Part shown: positions 29,297-39,500 of the stretch, piece by piece
How the letters are laid out: the number at the start of each line of letters is the position of its first letter
Position numbering within the stretch: position 1 is the first letter of the stretch
Assembly: GCA_041660025.1 (NCBI GenBank)
Contig: JBAZXD010000002.1
Location: 68,635 to 132,634, forward strand
Source of the DNA: Minisyncoccota bacterium
Lineage (GTDB): Bacteria; Patescibacteriota; Minisyncoccia; Phycocordibacterales; Phycocordibacteraceae
Reading direction: 5' to 3'
DNA: 64,000 bases
Made by a program: the position numbers and the translations under genes
Notes under the pieces: generated by a model
The model's input: the letters and a program-made list of their open reading frames with translations, nothing else
Told to the model about the DNA's origin: nothing
Databases searched by the model: none

Positions 29297-29356
29297 TTAA
29301 CCAGAACAGGAGCTGATGAATTCCTCGTCGGCAGAACCTTTGCGAGGTAATTGAAT

Positions 29357-29497
29357 ATGTTTAAATTCAGAACGTGGAAGACTGTACTGCCTGTAGCTTT
29401 TGGTGGTGCCGTTTATGTGGCAACTAAAGGAAACATCCCAGCCACGACCATGATTGCCTTCCTTACCGCATTTGTGATTACGGTATGTGGAATATGA
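29357..29497 (+). CDS. 46-aa hydrophobic microprotein (not in the ORF track)
   Basis: GAGGT SD; MFKFRTWKTVLPVAFGGAVYVATKGNIPATTMIAFLTAFVITVCGI*; terminator ACGCCCTC/GAGGGCGT plus Ts at about 29515-29546. Confidence 0.65.
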   Translation: MFKFRTWKTVLPVAFGGAVYVATKGNIPATTMIAFLTAFVITVCGI

Positions 29498-29564
29498 TGG
29501 ACAGTCACACCGACACGCCCTCCACCGAGAGGGCGTTTTGTTTTTATGGGTTATAATAAAATGA

Positions 29565-31775
29565 ATGTTGAAGCGACTGGAGATAGTCGGATTTAAATCA
29601 TTCGCCAAGAAGACGGTCTTGGACTTTTCGAATGCGACCACGGCGATAGTGGGGCCGAACGGCTCGGGCAAATCAAATGTCGCTGAGGCGTTTCGCTTCG
29701 CGCTCGGCGAGCAGTCGATGAAGAGTATGCGCGGCAAGCGCGCCGAGGATCTCATCTGGGGCGGTTCGCACACCGCGCCGCGGGCGAACCGCGCTTCGGT
29801 CGCCATCATCTTCGACAACTCGCGCCGGCAGTTCAAGATAGATTTCGACGAAGTGTCCCTCGAGCGGGCGGTCTTCCGCGACGGGACGAGCGAATATTCT
29901 ATCAACGGCTCGCGTGTCCGGCTCCGCGACATCGAGGAGCTGCTTGCCGGTGCGAATATCGGCGAGACGGGGCACCACATCATCTCCCAGGGCGAGGCCG
30001 ATCGGATACTGCTCGCCAGCCCTCGCGACCGGCGCGCGATGCTCGAGGACGCGCTCGGGCTTAAAATCTATGAATTCAAGAAGCAGGAGGCGACGAAGAA
30101 GCTCGGGAAAACCGAGGAGAATATCTCGCAGGTGAATTCGCTCCGCCGAGAGCTCGCGCCGCATCTGCGCTTCCTCGAGAATCAGGTGAAGAAGCTCGAG
30201 CGTGCCGACGCTCTGCGCATCGAGCTCGTCGGCCTCGCCCAGACCTATTTCGCCATCGAGGACGTCTATATCGCACAGGAGAAATCGAAAGTTGCGGGAG
30301 AGAAACGCGATGCGACGGAACGGCTCGCGGTGGTAAGTGCCGAGCTCGACCGGGTCGCCGACCCGAAGTCGGCTGACCAGGGGACGATTACGCGCACCGA
30401 AGCATTGCGAAAGGCGGAGCGCGAAGTCTCCGAGCTTTCCGGAGAACGTGCGACGCTCTCGCGCGAGATGGGTCGTATCGAGGGCGCGCTCGCCGAGGTG
30501 AAGCGCCGCGCCACCCTGGTTGCGCGCGAGCCGTATGCGAAGGTGCCGCGCGAGGAGCTCGAGGCCCTGCATACCGAAGTGGAGCGGCAGGCGGAGAACG
30601 TCGGAAGCAATATCGAATCCCTGCGCGCCGCGCTCGACGCCATCCGCGCGGCGGTGAAGTTCTTCTTCAGCCGGCACGGCGCGCCGGGCGACGACCGATT
30701 CTCTGAAGAGGAGGACTCAGCGTTCAGACTTGAGGCGGAACGCGCCGCGCTCGCCGAGAAATATGCAACGATTTCCGCCGGTCTCGAACGGGCAGAAACG
30801 GCACGCGCGCGTTCCCGCGAAGCGATGGTCGCACTCGAAGAGACCGACCGCGAGGTTCGGCGTCGCATTCTCGATTCCGCTCAGGCCAAGGCACACGAGG
30901 AGGGCACTGTCGCAAAGGCCACTGCAAGGGAGTACGAGCTCTCGCTCCTCGCTGAAGCGCTCGAACGCGAGAAGGGAGAGGTGCTCGCGATAGGTGGCGC
31001 CGCGACCGTCTCCTACGCCCCGGTAACGCATCTGCCCGACGAAGACCGTAAGACGCAGGAAGAACGCAAACGGTCTCTCGAACGTACGAAAATTCGCCTC
31101 GAAGAAGCGGGAGGCACGGGCGAGGAGATACGACAGGAGCACAAGGAGGTGTCCGAGCGCGAAGCGTTCCTCGCGACTGAGCTCGACGACCTCGCGAAGT
31201 CAGCCGCGGGATTAAAAGCACTCATCGACGACCTCGATACGGAATTGCAGAAGCATTTCTCCGAGGGGCTTGCTTCGGTCAATGCGTCATTCGGCGAATA
31301 CTTCGCGCTTATGTTCGGCGGCGGCGGTGCCCGACTCACGCTCGAAGAACCTGAAGAGCCTGAGGAACTAGACGGAGAAGAGCAAGAAGAATTTAATGAT
31401 GAACCAAGGGAGAAGGAGCGTCCGGGCATCGAGATCGCCGTCAACCTGCCGAAGAAGAAAGTGCGTTCGCTGATGCAGCTCTCGGGCGGCGAGCGCGCGC
31501 TCACGAGTATCGCGCTCATCTTCGCGATGAGTCAGGTGAACCCGCCGCCGTTTTTGATACTGGACGAGACCGACGCCGCTCTCGATGAAGCCAACAGTCG
31601 CCGCTACGGCGATATGATAGAGAACCTCGCGAAGAAGTCCCAGCTCATCGTCATCACCCACAACCGCGAGACGATGAGCCGCACGAGCATCCTCTACGGC
31701 GTCACGATGGGCGCTGATGGTATCAGTAAGCTCCTCTCGGTGAAGTTCGACGAAGCGGTGGCAGTTGCGAAGTAG
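29565..31775 (+). CDS. smc: SMC-family ATPase, shortened
   Basis: GFKSFA, GPNGSGKSN, ISQG, LSGGE, LDETDAALD, ITH; only 736 aa. Confidence 0.9.
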   Translation: MLKRLEIVGFKSFAKKTVLDFSNATTAIVGPNGSGKSNVAEAFRFALGEQSMKSMRGKRAEDLIWGGSHTAPRANRASVAIIFDNSRRQFKIDFDEVSLERAVFRDGTSEYSINGSRVRLRDIEELLAGANIGETGHHIISQGEADRILLASPRDRRAMLEDALGLKIYEFKKQEATKKLGKTEENISQVNSLRRELAPHLRFLENQVKKLERADALRIELVGLAQTYFAIEDVYIAQEKSKVAGEKRDATERLAVVSAELDRVADPKSADQGTITRTEALRKAEREVSELSGERATLSREMGRIEGALAEVKRRATLVAREPYAKVPREELEALHTEVERQAENVGSNIESLRAALDAIRAAVKFFFSRHGAPGDDRFSEEEDSAFRLEAERAALAEKYATISAGLERAETARARSREAMVALEETDREVRRRILDSAQAKAHEEGTVAKATAREYELSLLAEALEREKGEVLAIGGAATVSYAPVTHLPDEDRKTQEERKRSLERTKIRLEEAGGTGEEIRQEHKEVSEREAFLATELDDLAKSAAGLKALIDDLDTELQKHFSEGLASVNASFGEYFALMFGGGGARLTLEEPEEPEELDGEEQEEFNDEPREKERPGIEIAVNLPKKKVRSLMQLSGGERALTSIALIFAMSQVNPPPFLILDETDAALDEANSRRYGDMIENLAKKSQLIVITHNRETMSRTSILYGVTMGADGISKLLSVKFDEAVAVAK

Positions 31776-31802
31776 GTCCGCTTGAAAGCTGGGCGTCTAA
31801 AT

Positions 31803-31831
31803 CGAACGGCTCAGACCCCGTCTGAGCCGTT
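31803..31831. repeat. 29-bp palindromic repeat, copy 1; probable bidirectional terminator or REP-like element
   Basis: CGAACGGCTCAGACCCCGTCTGAGCCGTT, identical at 62074-62102. Confidence 0.85.
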
Positions 31832-33786
31832 CAAATCGGTACGAAATCGAGCTCTTTTTCGGCGAGACGTGCGGCGGTGAGCTTCACCTTGATGGGGTCG
31901 CCGAGGCGATATGACTTCTTCGTGCGGCGGCCGAGGAGCTGATAATTTTTCTCATCGTATTCAAAATAATCATCACCGACGTCCTTCACGCGTATCATAC
32001 CGTCGGCGTGCGTCGTCTGTTCCTCGACGTAGAGACCGCGCTCGGTCACGCCTGAGATGACGGCGTCAAATTCTTCGCCGATGCATGTCGAGAGGAACTC
32101 CACCTGCTTCATCTTGATAGAATCGCGCTCGGCGTCGGAGGCAGCGACCTCGCGCTCGGAACTGTGCAGAGCGAGCTTGTCGAACGCCTGCATTTCAGCT
32201 GGCGTTATCGGCGTGCCGCCCGCGTGCGCCTTGATGAGCCGGTGGATGACGAGGTCGGGGTAACGGCGTATCGGCGAGGTGAAGTGCGTATAGAAGTCGA
32301 AGGCAAGGCCGAAGTGGCCGATGTTGCGCGTGGTGTAGACAGCCTTGCTCATTGAGCGGAGGGTCGCCATCTTCACGAGGTATTCCTCGGGTTTGCCCTT
32401 CACCGACTCGAGAAGTTTGTTCAGTTCCGCGCCGGTGACGGTGCCCGCGCCCGAGGTCTGTAGGTGATAGCCCATCACGCGAAGCAGGTTCGCGAGATTC
32501 TCGATGCGGTCGGTGTCCGGCGCATCGTGAACGCGGTAGAGCGAATAGAAATGCGGGCCGCCGTTCTTGGTCAGCTTAGAAAGATGCTTGGCGACTGCCT
32601 CGTTCGCGAGCAACATAAAGTCCTCGATGAGGAGGTTGGTCGCCTTACGCTCTTTCAGGCGGATAGCGATGGGTTTGCCCTCCTTATCAAGCTCGACCTT
32701 CACTTCGGCGGTGTCGAATTCGATGGCGCCCTTGGCCTGTCGGCGTGCGCGGATCTTCTTCGAGAGCTCGAGAAGCGTCGAGAGCTCTTCGTGCATCGTG
32801 CCGGAGCCCGCATCCAACACTTCCTGGGCGTTCTCGTACGTAAAGCGTTTGTCGGAGTGGATGACCGTCTCGCCGAACCATACGTTCTGGATGTTCGCCT
32901 CGCTATCGAGCGTGAAGACCGCCGAGACCGCGAGGCGATCCTCATCCGGCTTCAGCGAACAGAGGTCGTTGCTGAGTACCTCGGGGAGCATCGGGATGGT
33001 GCGGTCGACGAGGTATACGCTCGTTGCGCGTGCGATGGCCTCCTTGTCGAGGTCGGTGCCGGGCGAAACAAAGTATGAGACATCGGCGATATGTACGCCA
33101 ACCTCGATTTTCCCGCCGGGAAGTTTTTGTACTGAAAGCGCGTCGTCAAAGTCCTTTGCATCGAAGGGGTCGATTGTACAGGTCGGCACTTTGGTAAAGT
33201 CGCGGCGTTTGAGATTCTTCGCTTCTTCGGCGAGAAGCGCGACGCCTTCGGCCTCAAGTCGTTTCGCATCTGCGACGACGCCGGGAGGGAAGTCGCTCGA
33301 GAATCCTTGGCCCAGAGCGAGCGCGCGCATCTCGGTCTCGTGCACACCCGCCTTGCCGATGACCTCGACGACGCTGCCAAGCGGATAATCTTTGTCGGCG
33401 GCCCACTCGCCGAGACGCACAAGCACTTTCTCGCCTAACTGCGCACCTCCTCTGTCCAGTATGACGAGAGGCACGTACATCTTCTTGTAGTCCGGTGCAA
33501 GCAGGGTGAGCCCGTTCTCTTCGACGAGTGTACCGACGAAGGTCTCGCGGGCGCGAGAGATGATCTCGACGACCTTACCCGCCTCCCGTGGAGGCATCGT
33601 CCCGCGCGGGTCGCGATAGGAGCCCGCCGGGGCGACTTTCACTATGTCGCCCGAGAGCGCGTGGTTCGTCCATTCGGGCGGGATGAGCAGGTCTTCTTTG
33701 TCCTCACCCACGGAGAAAAAGCCGAAACCTTTCCGGGTCATCGTGATAGGACCTTCGTAGATGGTATCTCCTGACATTTCCGTCAC
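31831..33786 (-). CDS. rnr: ribonuclease R
   Basis: TIDPFDAKDFDDA, HIADVS, IEDFMLLAN, HFTSPIRRYPD, S1 domain; start may be 33777. Confidence 0.95.
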   Translation of the reverse strand: MTEMSGDTIYEGPITMTRKGFGFFSVGEDKEDLLIPPEWTNHALSGDIVKVAPAGSYRDPRGTMPPREAGKVVEIISRARETFVGTLVEENGLTLLAPDYKKMYVPLVILDRGGAQLGEKVLVRLGEWAADKDYPLGSVVEVIGKAGVHETEMRALALGQGFSSDFPPGVVADAKRLEAEGVALLAEEAKNLKRRDFTKVPTCTIDPFDAKDFDDALSVQKLPGGKIEVGVHIADVSYFVSPGTDLDKEAIARATSVYLVDRTIPMLPEVLSNDLCSLKPDEDRLAVSAVFTLDSEANIQNVWFGETVIHSDKRFTYENAQEVLDAGSGTMHEELSTLLELSKKIRARRQAKGAIEFDTAEVKVELDKEGKPIAIRLKERKATNLLIEDFMLLANEAVAKHLSKLTKNGGPHFYSLYRVHDAPDTDRIENLANLLRVMGYHLQTSGAGTVTGAELNKLLESVKGKPEEYLVKMATLRSMSKAVYTTRNIGHFGLAFDFYTHFTSPIRRYPDLVIHRLIKAHAGGTPITPAEMQAFDKLALHSSEREVAASDAERDSIKMKQVEFLSTCIGEEFDAVISGVTERGLYVEEQTTHADGMIRVKDVGDDYFEYDEKNYQLLGRRTKKSYRLGDPIKVKLTAARLAEKELDFVPI

Positions 33787-33845
33787 TGTAGCAAATTATC
33801 AGGCTATTTGCGATTTCGGTACCGTTCTGGTACAGTTCTGCCTAC

Positions 33846-34331
33846 ATGTTGATGATTCGTTTCCAGCGCATCGGCCGGACCAATGATCCGGCGTTTCGCA
33901 TTGTCGTCCTCGAGAAGGAGCGCGCGGCGAAGGCCGGTAATATCGTCGAACTCCTCGGCACCTACAACCCGCGGAGCAAGGCGCTCACGCTGAACGAGGA
34001 GAGCGTAAAGGGCTGGATGGCCAAGGGTGCCCAGCCGACGGACTCCATTCGCAACCTCCTTATCAATAAGAAAGTCATCGAAGGGAAGAAAGTGAACGCG
34101 CTCCCGAAGAGGACGCCGCAGAAGAATGAGGCGAAAATAGCGGCCGAAGCGGCAGCAGCCGAGGCAGCGAAAGTGGCCGCAGCAGCGGCGAAGGCGGAAG
34201 CAGAGGTTCCGGCAGAAGTAGAAGCTCCGACCGAGGCAGAAGTCGCCGCGGAAGCCGAGCCGGCTGTTGAGGAAGCGCCCGCAGAAGTTCCGGTAGTCGA
34301 AGAGACTCCCGCCGAAACTCCGGCAGCCTAA
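33846..34331 (+). CDS. rpsP: 30S ribosomal protein S16 with an Ala/Glu-rich tail
   Basis: IRFQRIGR, LGTYNP, GAQPTD. Confidence 0.95.
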   Translation: MLMIRFQRIGRTNDPAFRIVVLEKERAAKAGNIVELLGTYNPRSKALTLNEESVKGWMAKGAQPTDSIRNLLINKKVIEGKKVNALPKRTPQKNEAKIAAEAAAAEAAKVAAAAAKAEAEVPAEVEAPTEAEVAAEAEPAVEEAPAEVPVVEETPAETPAA

Positions 34332-34365
34332 CTCATCGCCCTGGTGGCGGTGCTAACATATCCCT

Positions 34366-34665
34366 ATGGAACCAGACCAAGCACTACTCGAATACGCGGT
34401 AAAGGCGATTGTTGACCATCCTGAAGCAGTCGAGACGACGCGCACCATCGACCAGATGGGCGTTCTGCTTACTCTCACCGTCCATCCCGAGGATATGGGC
34501 AAGATCATCGGCAAGAGCGGTAAGACCGCCGAGGCGCTCCGCATCCTCCTGCGCGTCGCTGGTATGAAAGGGAACGCGCGCGTGAACCTCAAGATAAACG
34601 AGCCCGTCGGCGGCAAGCGCGATCCGGAAATAAAAACCGTCGACCAAGTCGTGGAAGAATTGTAA
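34366..34665 (+). CDS. khpA: KH-domain RNA-binding protein
   Basis: DMGKIIGKSGKTAEALR; follows rpsP. Confidence 0.88.
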   Translation: MEPDQALLEYAVKAIVDHPEAVETTRTIDQMGVLLTLTVHPEDMGKIIGKSGKTAEALRILLRVAGMKGNARVNLKINEPVGGKRDPEIKTVDQVVEEL

Positions 34666-34672
34666 TCGCTCG

Positions 34673-34744
34673 GAGGTTCGTAATTTCGGATAGCGTTACG
34701 CTTCGCTGCACTAGGCATTTCAACTATCCGAAATCACAAACCTC
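34673..34744. repeat. long hairpin element between khpA and trmD
   Basis: 21-bp arms GAGGTTCGTAATTTCGGATAG / CTATCCGAAATCACAAACCTC (19/21), 30-nt loop. Confidence 0.75.
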
Positions 34745-34750
34745 TCGCTC

Positions 34751-35407
34751 ATGAAATTCCATCTCATTACATTGTTTCAAGACGCGTGCGACGCGTATTT
34801 AAGCGCGTCTATCATCGGGCGCGCGCGGAAGGAAAAAAAGATTACAATAAAATACCAGAACCCCCGCGACTTCGTCGCGGGACCGGCGGGGAGCTATAAG
34901 AAGGTGGACGAGCGCCCGTACGGCGGTGGCCCGGGAATGGTGATGTCAGCCATGCCTGTCATCAAAGCCGTGGAGAAAGCGCTGAAAGGGAAGAAGGCGA
35001 AACCCGTCATCATCTGGTTCAGCCCGGGAGGGAAGCAGTTTACGAATAAAGACGCCGACGCGCTCGCGAAATACAGCGACGTGGTGCTCGTGTGCGGTCG
35101 GTACGAGGGCATAGACGAACGCGCGAAGAAGATATTAAAGACGCTCGCGTCGGTGAAAGAGTTTGCCGTGGGCGAAGCCGTGTACACGGGCGGGGAAGTC
35201 CCGGCGCTCGCGATAGTAGACGCCGTCACGCGCCGTCTGCCCGGCGTCCTCGGCAAGGACGCTTCCATAGAGGAGCGCCGCATCGCCTCTTCTGCCGTCT
35301 ATACCCGCCCCGAAACCATTTTGTATAAAAAGAAGAAGTATCGCGTCCCGAAGGTTCTCCAAACCGGCCATCACGCCAAGATAGATGCATGGAGGGAGAA
35401 ACAGTGA
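34751..35407 (+). CDS. trmD: tRNA (guanine37-N1)-methyltransferase
   Basis: VDERPYGGGPGMV, CGRYEGIDER, TGGEVPAL, YTRP. Confidence 0.96.
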   Translation: MKFHLITLFQDACDAYLSASIIGRARKEKKITIKYQNPRDFVAGPAGSYKKVDERPYGGGPGMVMSAMPVIKAVEKALKGKKAKPVIIWFSPGGKQFTNKDADALAKYSDVVLVCGRYEGIDERAKKILKTLASVKEFAVGEAVYTGGEVPALAIVDAVTRRLPGVLGKDASIEERRIASSAVYTRPETILYKKKKYRVPKVLQTGHHAKIDAWREKQ

Positions 35408-35444
35408 TACGCTTGATACGTGCAAATTTGATAAGGAGATAATT

Positions 35445-35735
35445 GTGAAGATAGAGTTCTTTACGAACCCCGCGGCGTTGAAAGTCGGAAGTCTCGTCGC
35501 CGGGCCATCGGCACTAACAGACATACGGTTGTTCGGCATGATTGGCACGCCGCTCTACGAGATCACCGAAATCGTTAATCGGCGCGTTCTGTGGGTCAAG
35601 ATGCACTACGCCAAACTCCGCCGCTTGTCTGACGGGGAAGTGCTCAAAATCGACCTGAACTCGCCCAGCGATTTCTTCGCGCGATCTACACCAACGGACC
35701 TGCGAGAAAATTGGGCACAAATCAACCCAATCTGA
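35445..35735 (+). CDS. accessory hypothetical protein (cassette 1 after trmD)
   Basis: TAAGGAG SD, GTG start, terminator GCCCCGT/ACGGGGC plus Ts at 35761-35787. Confidence 0.7.
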   Translation: MKIEFFTNPAALKVGSLVAGPSALTDIRLFGMIGTPLYEITEIVNRRVLWVKMHYAKLRRLSDGEVLKIDLNSPSDFFARSTPTDLRENWAQINPI

Positions 35736-35789
35736 TTTCCACCACCTCACGGCCACATTCGCCCCGTCCAAAACGGGGCTTTCCTTTAT

Positions 35790-35849
35790 CCAAAAGTCCT
35801 CCAAACCGGCCACCACGCAAACATTGACAAGTGGAGAGAAAAGAGGTAG
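35790..35849 (+). pseudogene. second, diverged copy of the last 20 codons of trmD
   Basis: Encodes PKVLQTGHHANIDKWREKR*, versus PKVLQTGHHAKIDAWREKQ* at 35348-35407. Confidence 0.9.
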
Positions 35850-35928
35850 CATAACTTCAACGTCGCTTGTTCTTTTCCCATCTTGGCAAGCAGGTTCGCG
35901 ACGTTACTGCGGGTCCAAGGAGAAATAA

Positions 35929-36309
35929 ATGAAGTTCCATACTGTCACTATCCCTCTAACTATGACACGGGCTGATGAAGTGAATCCGCATATGAGTGGT
36001 TTTGTGAACGAAGTGAGAAGGATGCGGATACAACGTAAGGCCCGGGTGTACCAAACTTATGTGAACGACGGCGACAAGAAATACGCATTCGTCACCACCT
36101 CCAAGGATTTGCATCTCGGTCTTGGCGAAATGACGAAAGAAGCACAAGTACTTCTGACCAAGCTTCTCGAGTACGAATTTGCCCGAGGAAACTTTGGGCA
36201 ACTGATACTTGGCATTCAGAAAGACGAAGGCGACGAATGCAACTATACGCTGGTTGCCATGTCGACGTATCTCGGTGAGATCAGTTTCGGATTCTCGCCT
36301 ACCCGCTAA
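35929..36309 (+). CDS. accessory hypothetical protein (cassette 2)
   Basis: TTGACA(35824)-17-TAGCAT promoter, AAGGAG SD, hairpin plus T-run at about 36319-36352. Confidence 0.75.
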   Translation: MKFHTVTIPLTMTRADEVNPHMSGFVNEVRRMRIQRKARVYQTYVNDGDKKYAFVTTSKDLHLGLGEMTKEAQVLLTKLLEYEFARGNFGQLILGIQKDEGDECNYTLVAMSTYLGEISFGFSPTR

Positions 36310-36546
36310 TCAACTAGAAACCGCGCCACTCCGGTATATGGGTGGTTTTTTGTTGTCCACACATGGGCTTGCGGGAAAAGGTGGGGGGTGGTAGGTTGGG
36401 GGAACAAGATACGACTGAGTAGCGGAGGGCGGGGCGACAGATTCATACGGGAACCGAAGAAAAACGCATAAGCGCAAGCGGATTTATTTCCGTGCGTTCG
36501 CATTTCTATATTTTGCTTTTTAATTAACAACCTCACGCCACGACTC

Positions 36547-39500
36547 ATGCAAAAGAAACTCGTCCAGAAGACCTTCGGTGCGTACCAGGCTCCCTCGGTT
36601 CCGTTCCCGGATCTCGTCGGCCACCAGCGGTCTTCGTTTGACTGGCTCCTCAAAGACGGACTCACCGAGCTCTTCAAGGAGTTCTCGCCGATCACCGATT
36701 ACTCGGGGAAGAAGTTCGAGCTGAAGTTCGAAGATTTCGAAATTGGCGAACCGAAGTACGACGAGCAGTTCGCGCGCGAGAATATGCGCACCTACGAGTC
36801 GCCGATAAAGATTACCGTCAAGCTCGTGAATAAGACCTTCGGCTCGGAGAAGTCGCAGGAGATATTTCTCACCGATATGCCGATGATGACGCCGCACGGC
36901 TCATTCATCGTCTCCGGCGTCGAGCGCGCCATCGTCCCCCAGCTCGCCCGCTCCTTCGGCGCGTTCTTCGTCTCCGAGCTTCTGCGCGGCAAGCCGTTCT
37001 TCGGCGCGAAGATAATCCCGCTCCGCGGCGTGTGGATCGAGATCGATTCAGAGGCGGACGGCGCCATTTTCGTGAAGATCGACCGGAAGCGAAAGTTCCC
37101 CATCACCCAGCTTCTTACCGTCTTCGGCGGAGGGCTTGGCGAGGCCGTGGCTAAACATTTCGCCAAGGACCCACTCGCCCTCTCGGCTATCAAGGCGACC
37201 CTCGAGCACGACGAAGCGAAGTCGATCGAAGAGGCCTATATCGAGATACACCGCCGTATGCGTGACGGTGATCTCGCCACGCCCGAGAACGCCAAGAATT
37301 TCGTGCAGTCGCTCTTCTCGGTCGAGCGCTACGACGTCGGCCGCGTCGGTCGCCATCGCCTCAACTCGCGCTTCGGTCTCCCTCTTAGCGAGAAGGCGCT
37401 CGAGAAGCGTGTCCTCACGCTCGCGGACTTCGTCCGCATCATTTCAGAAATTACGAAGCTGAACGCCGACCCTTCAGCGCGTCCCGACGATATCGACCAC
37501 CTCGGCTTCCGCCGCGTGCGGTTCGTCGGCGAGCTTCTCCAGGCGCGTATGCGCGTCGGTATGAGCCGTATGAAGCGCAACATCCAGGACCGTATGTCGA
37601 CCATTGAGAGCGAGACTACGCTCCCGACGGCGCTCGTGAATCCGCGCCCCTTCCACGCGTCGGTGCACGAATTCTTCACCGCCAACCAGCTCTCCCAGTT
37701 TATGGATCAGCAGAATATCCTCGCGGAGCTCGAGAATATGCGCACGCTCTCGGCGCTCGGTCCCGGTGGCCTAACTAGAGAGCGGGCGGGCTTCGAGGTG
37801 CGCGACGTACACCCCTCCCACTACGGACGCCTCTGTCCTATCCACACACCGGAAGGCCAGAACATCGGTCTTATCCTCCGGCTTGCGACCCACGCGCGCA
37901 CGAACGACTTCGGCGTTATCGAGACTCCCTACGTCCGCGTAAAGAACGGGAAGGCGACAAGCGAGATAGTGTACCTCAACGCGCTCGATGAAGAGCTCGA
38001 GTACATCGCCCACGGCGCGACCAAGCTCGACGAGAACGGCCGCATTGTCACCGACTCAGTCGAAGCACGCCACAAGGGCGACCCAATCATCGTCACGCGC
38101 GACCTGATCACGCTTATGGACGCCTCGACGTATCAGATGTTCTCCATCGCCACGTCGATGATCCCGTTCGTCGACCACGACGACGCGAACCGCGCCTTGA
38201 TGGGTTCGAACATGCAGAAGCAGGCGACGCCGGTCCTCATCCCCGAGGCCCCGCTCGTCGCCACCGGCATCGAGACCCACGCCGCGATGAGCACCGGCCG
38301 CCTCGTGCTCGCCACCGAATCAGGCGAGGTCACGCAGGTCGACGCCCGCAAAGTCATCGTGAAGAATAAGGAAGGGAAGTCAAAGGAATACCGTCTCCAG
38401 GGGCTTACCCAGACCAACCAGAACTCGGCATTTATGCAGAGGCCGTCGGTCGTGCTCGGCGACACAGTAAAGAAGGGCGACGTGCTCGCGGATAACTCCT
38501 CGACCGAGAAGGGCCAGCTCGCGCTCGGACAGAATGTGCGGGTCGCCTTCATGAGCTGGAACGGCGCCAACTACGAAGACGCCATCATCATCTCCGAACG
38601 GCTTGTCGAAGAGGCGAAGTTCACCACCGTGCATATCGAGGACTTCGATTGCGTCGTGCGCGACACGAAGCTCGGTCCCGAGACCACAACGCACGACATC
38701 CCGAACGTCGGCGAGCTCCGGCTCAAGAATCTCGACGAAGAGGGTGTTATCCGCATCGGTGCGGAGGTGCGCCCGGGCGACATCCTCGTCGGTAAGGTAA
38801 CGCCGAAGGGCGAGACCCAGCTCACACCGGAGGAACGCCTCCTGCGCAGTATCTTTGGCGATAAGGCAAAGGACGTGAAGGATACAAGCCTTCGTATGGA
38901 GGGAGGCAAGCAGGGGCGCGTCATCGGCGTACGCGTCTTCTCTCGCGAGAAGGGAGACCAGCTCGAGACCGGTATCATCAAGAAGATGGTCGTGACGGTC
39001 GCGCAGGTTCGTAACGTCTCGGTCGGCGATAAGCTCGCCGGACGCCACGGCAACAAGGGCGTCATCAGCCGCGTACTGCCGGTCGAGGATATGCCGTACG
39101 ACAAGGACGGCAATCCGATCGACCTCATCCTCACGCCGCTCGGCGTTCCGTCCCGTATGAACCTCGGACAGATCCTCGAGATGCACCTCGGACTCGCGGC
39201 ACACACACTCGGCTACCAGGCCATCGTCCCGCCGTTCGCAGGCGCGACTGCTGACGAGATCCGCGACGAACTCGTCCTCGCAGGGTTCGACAAGAGCGGC
39301 AAGATGCAGCTCTACGACGGCCGCTCGGGCGACGCCTTCGCCCAGACCATCGCGGTCGGCTATATGTATATTCTCAAACTGCACCATATGGTGGAGGACA
39401 AGATCCATATGCGAAGCATCGGTCCTTACAGCCTCATCACGCAGCAGCCGCTCGGCGGCAAGGCGCAGAACGGCGGTCAGCGCTTCGGCGAGATGGAAGT

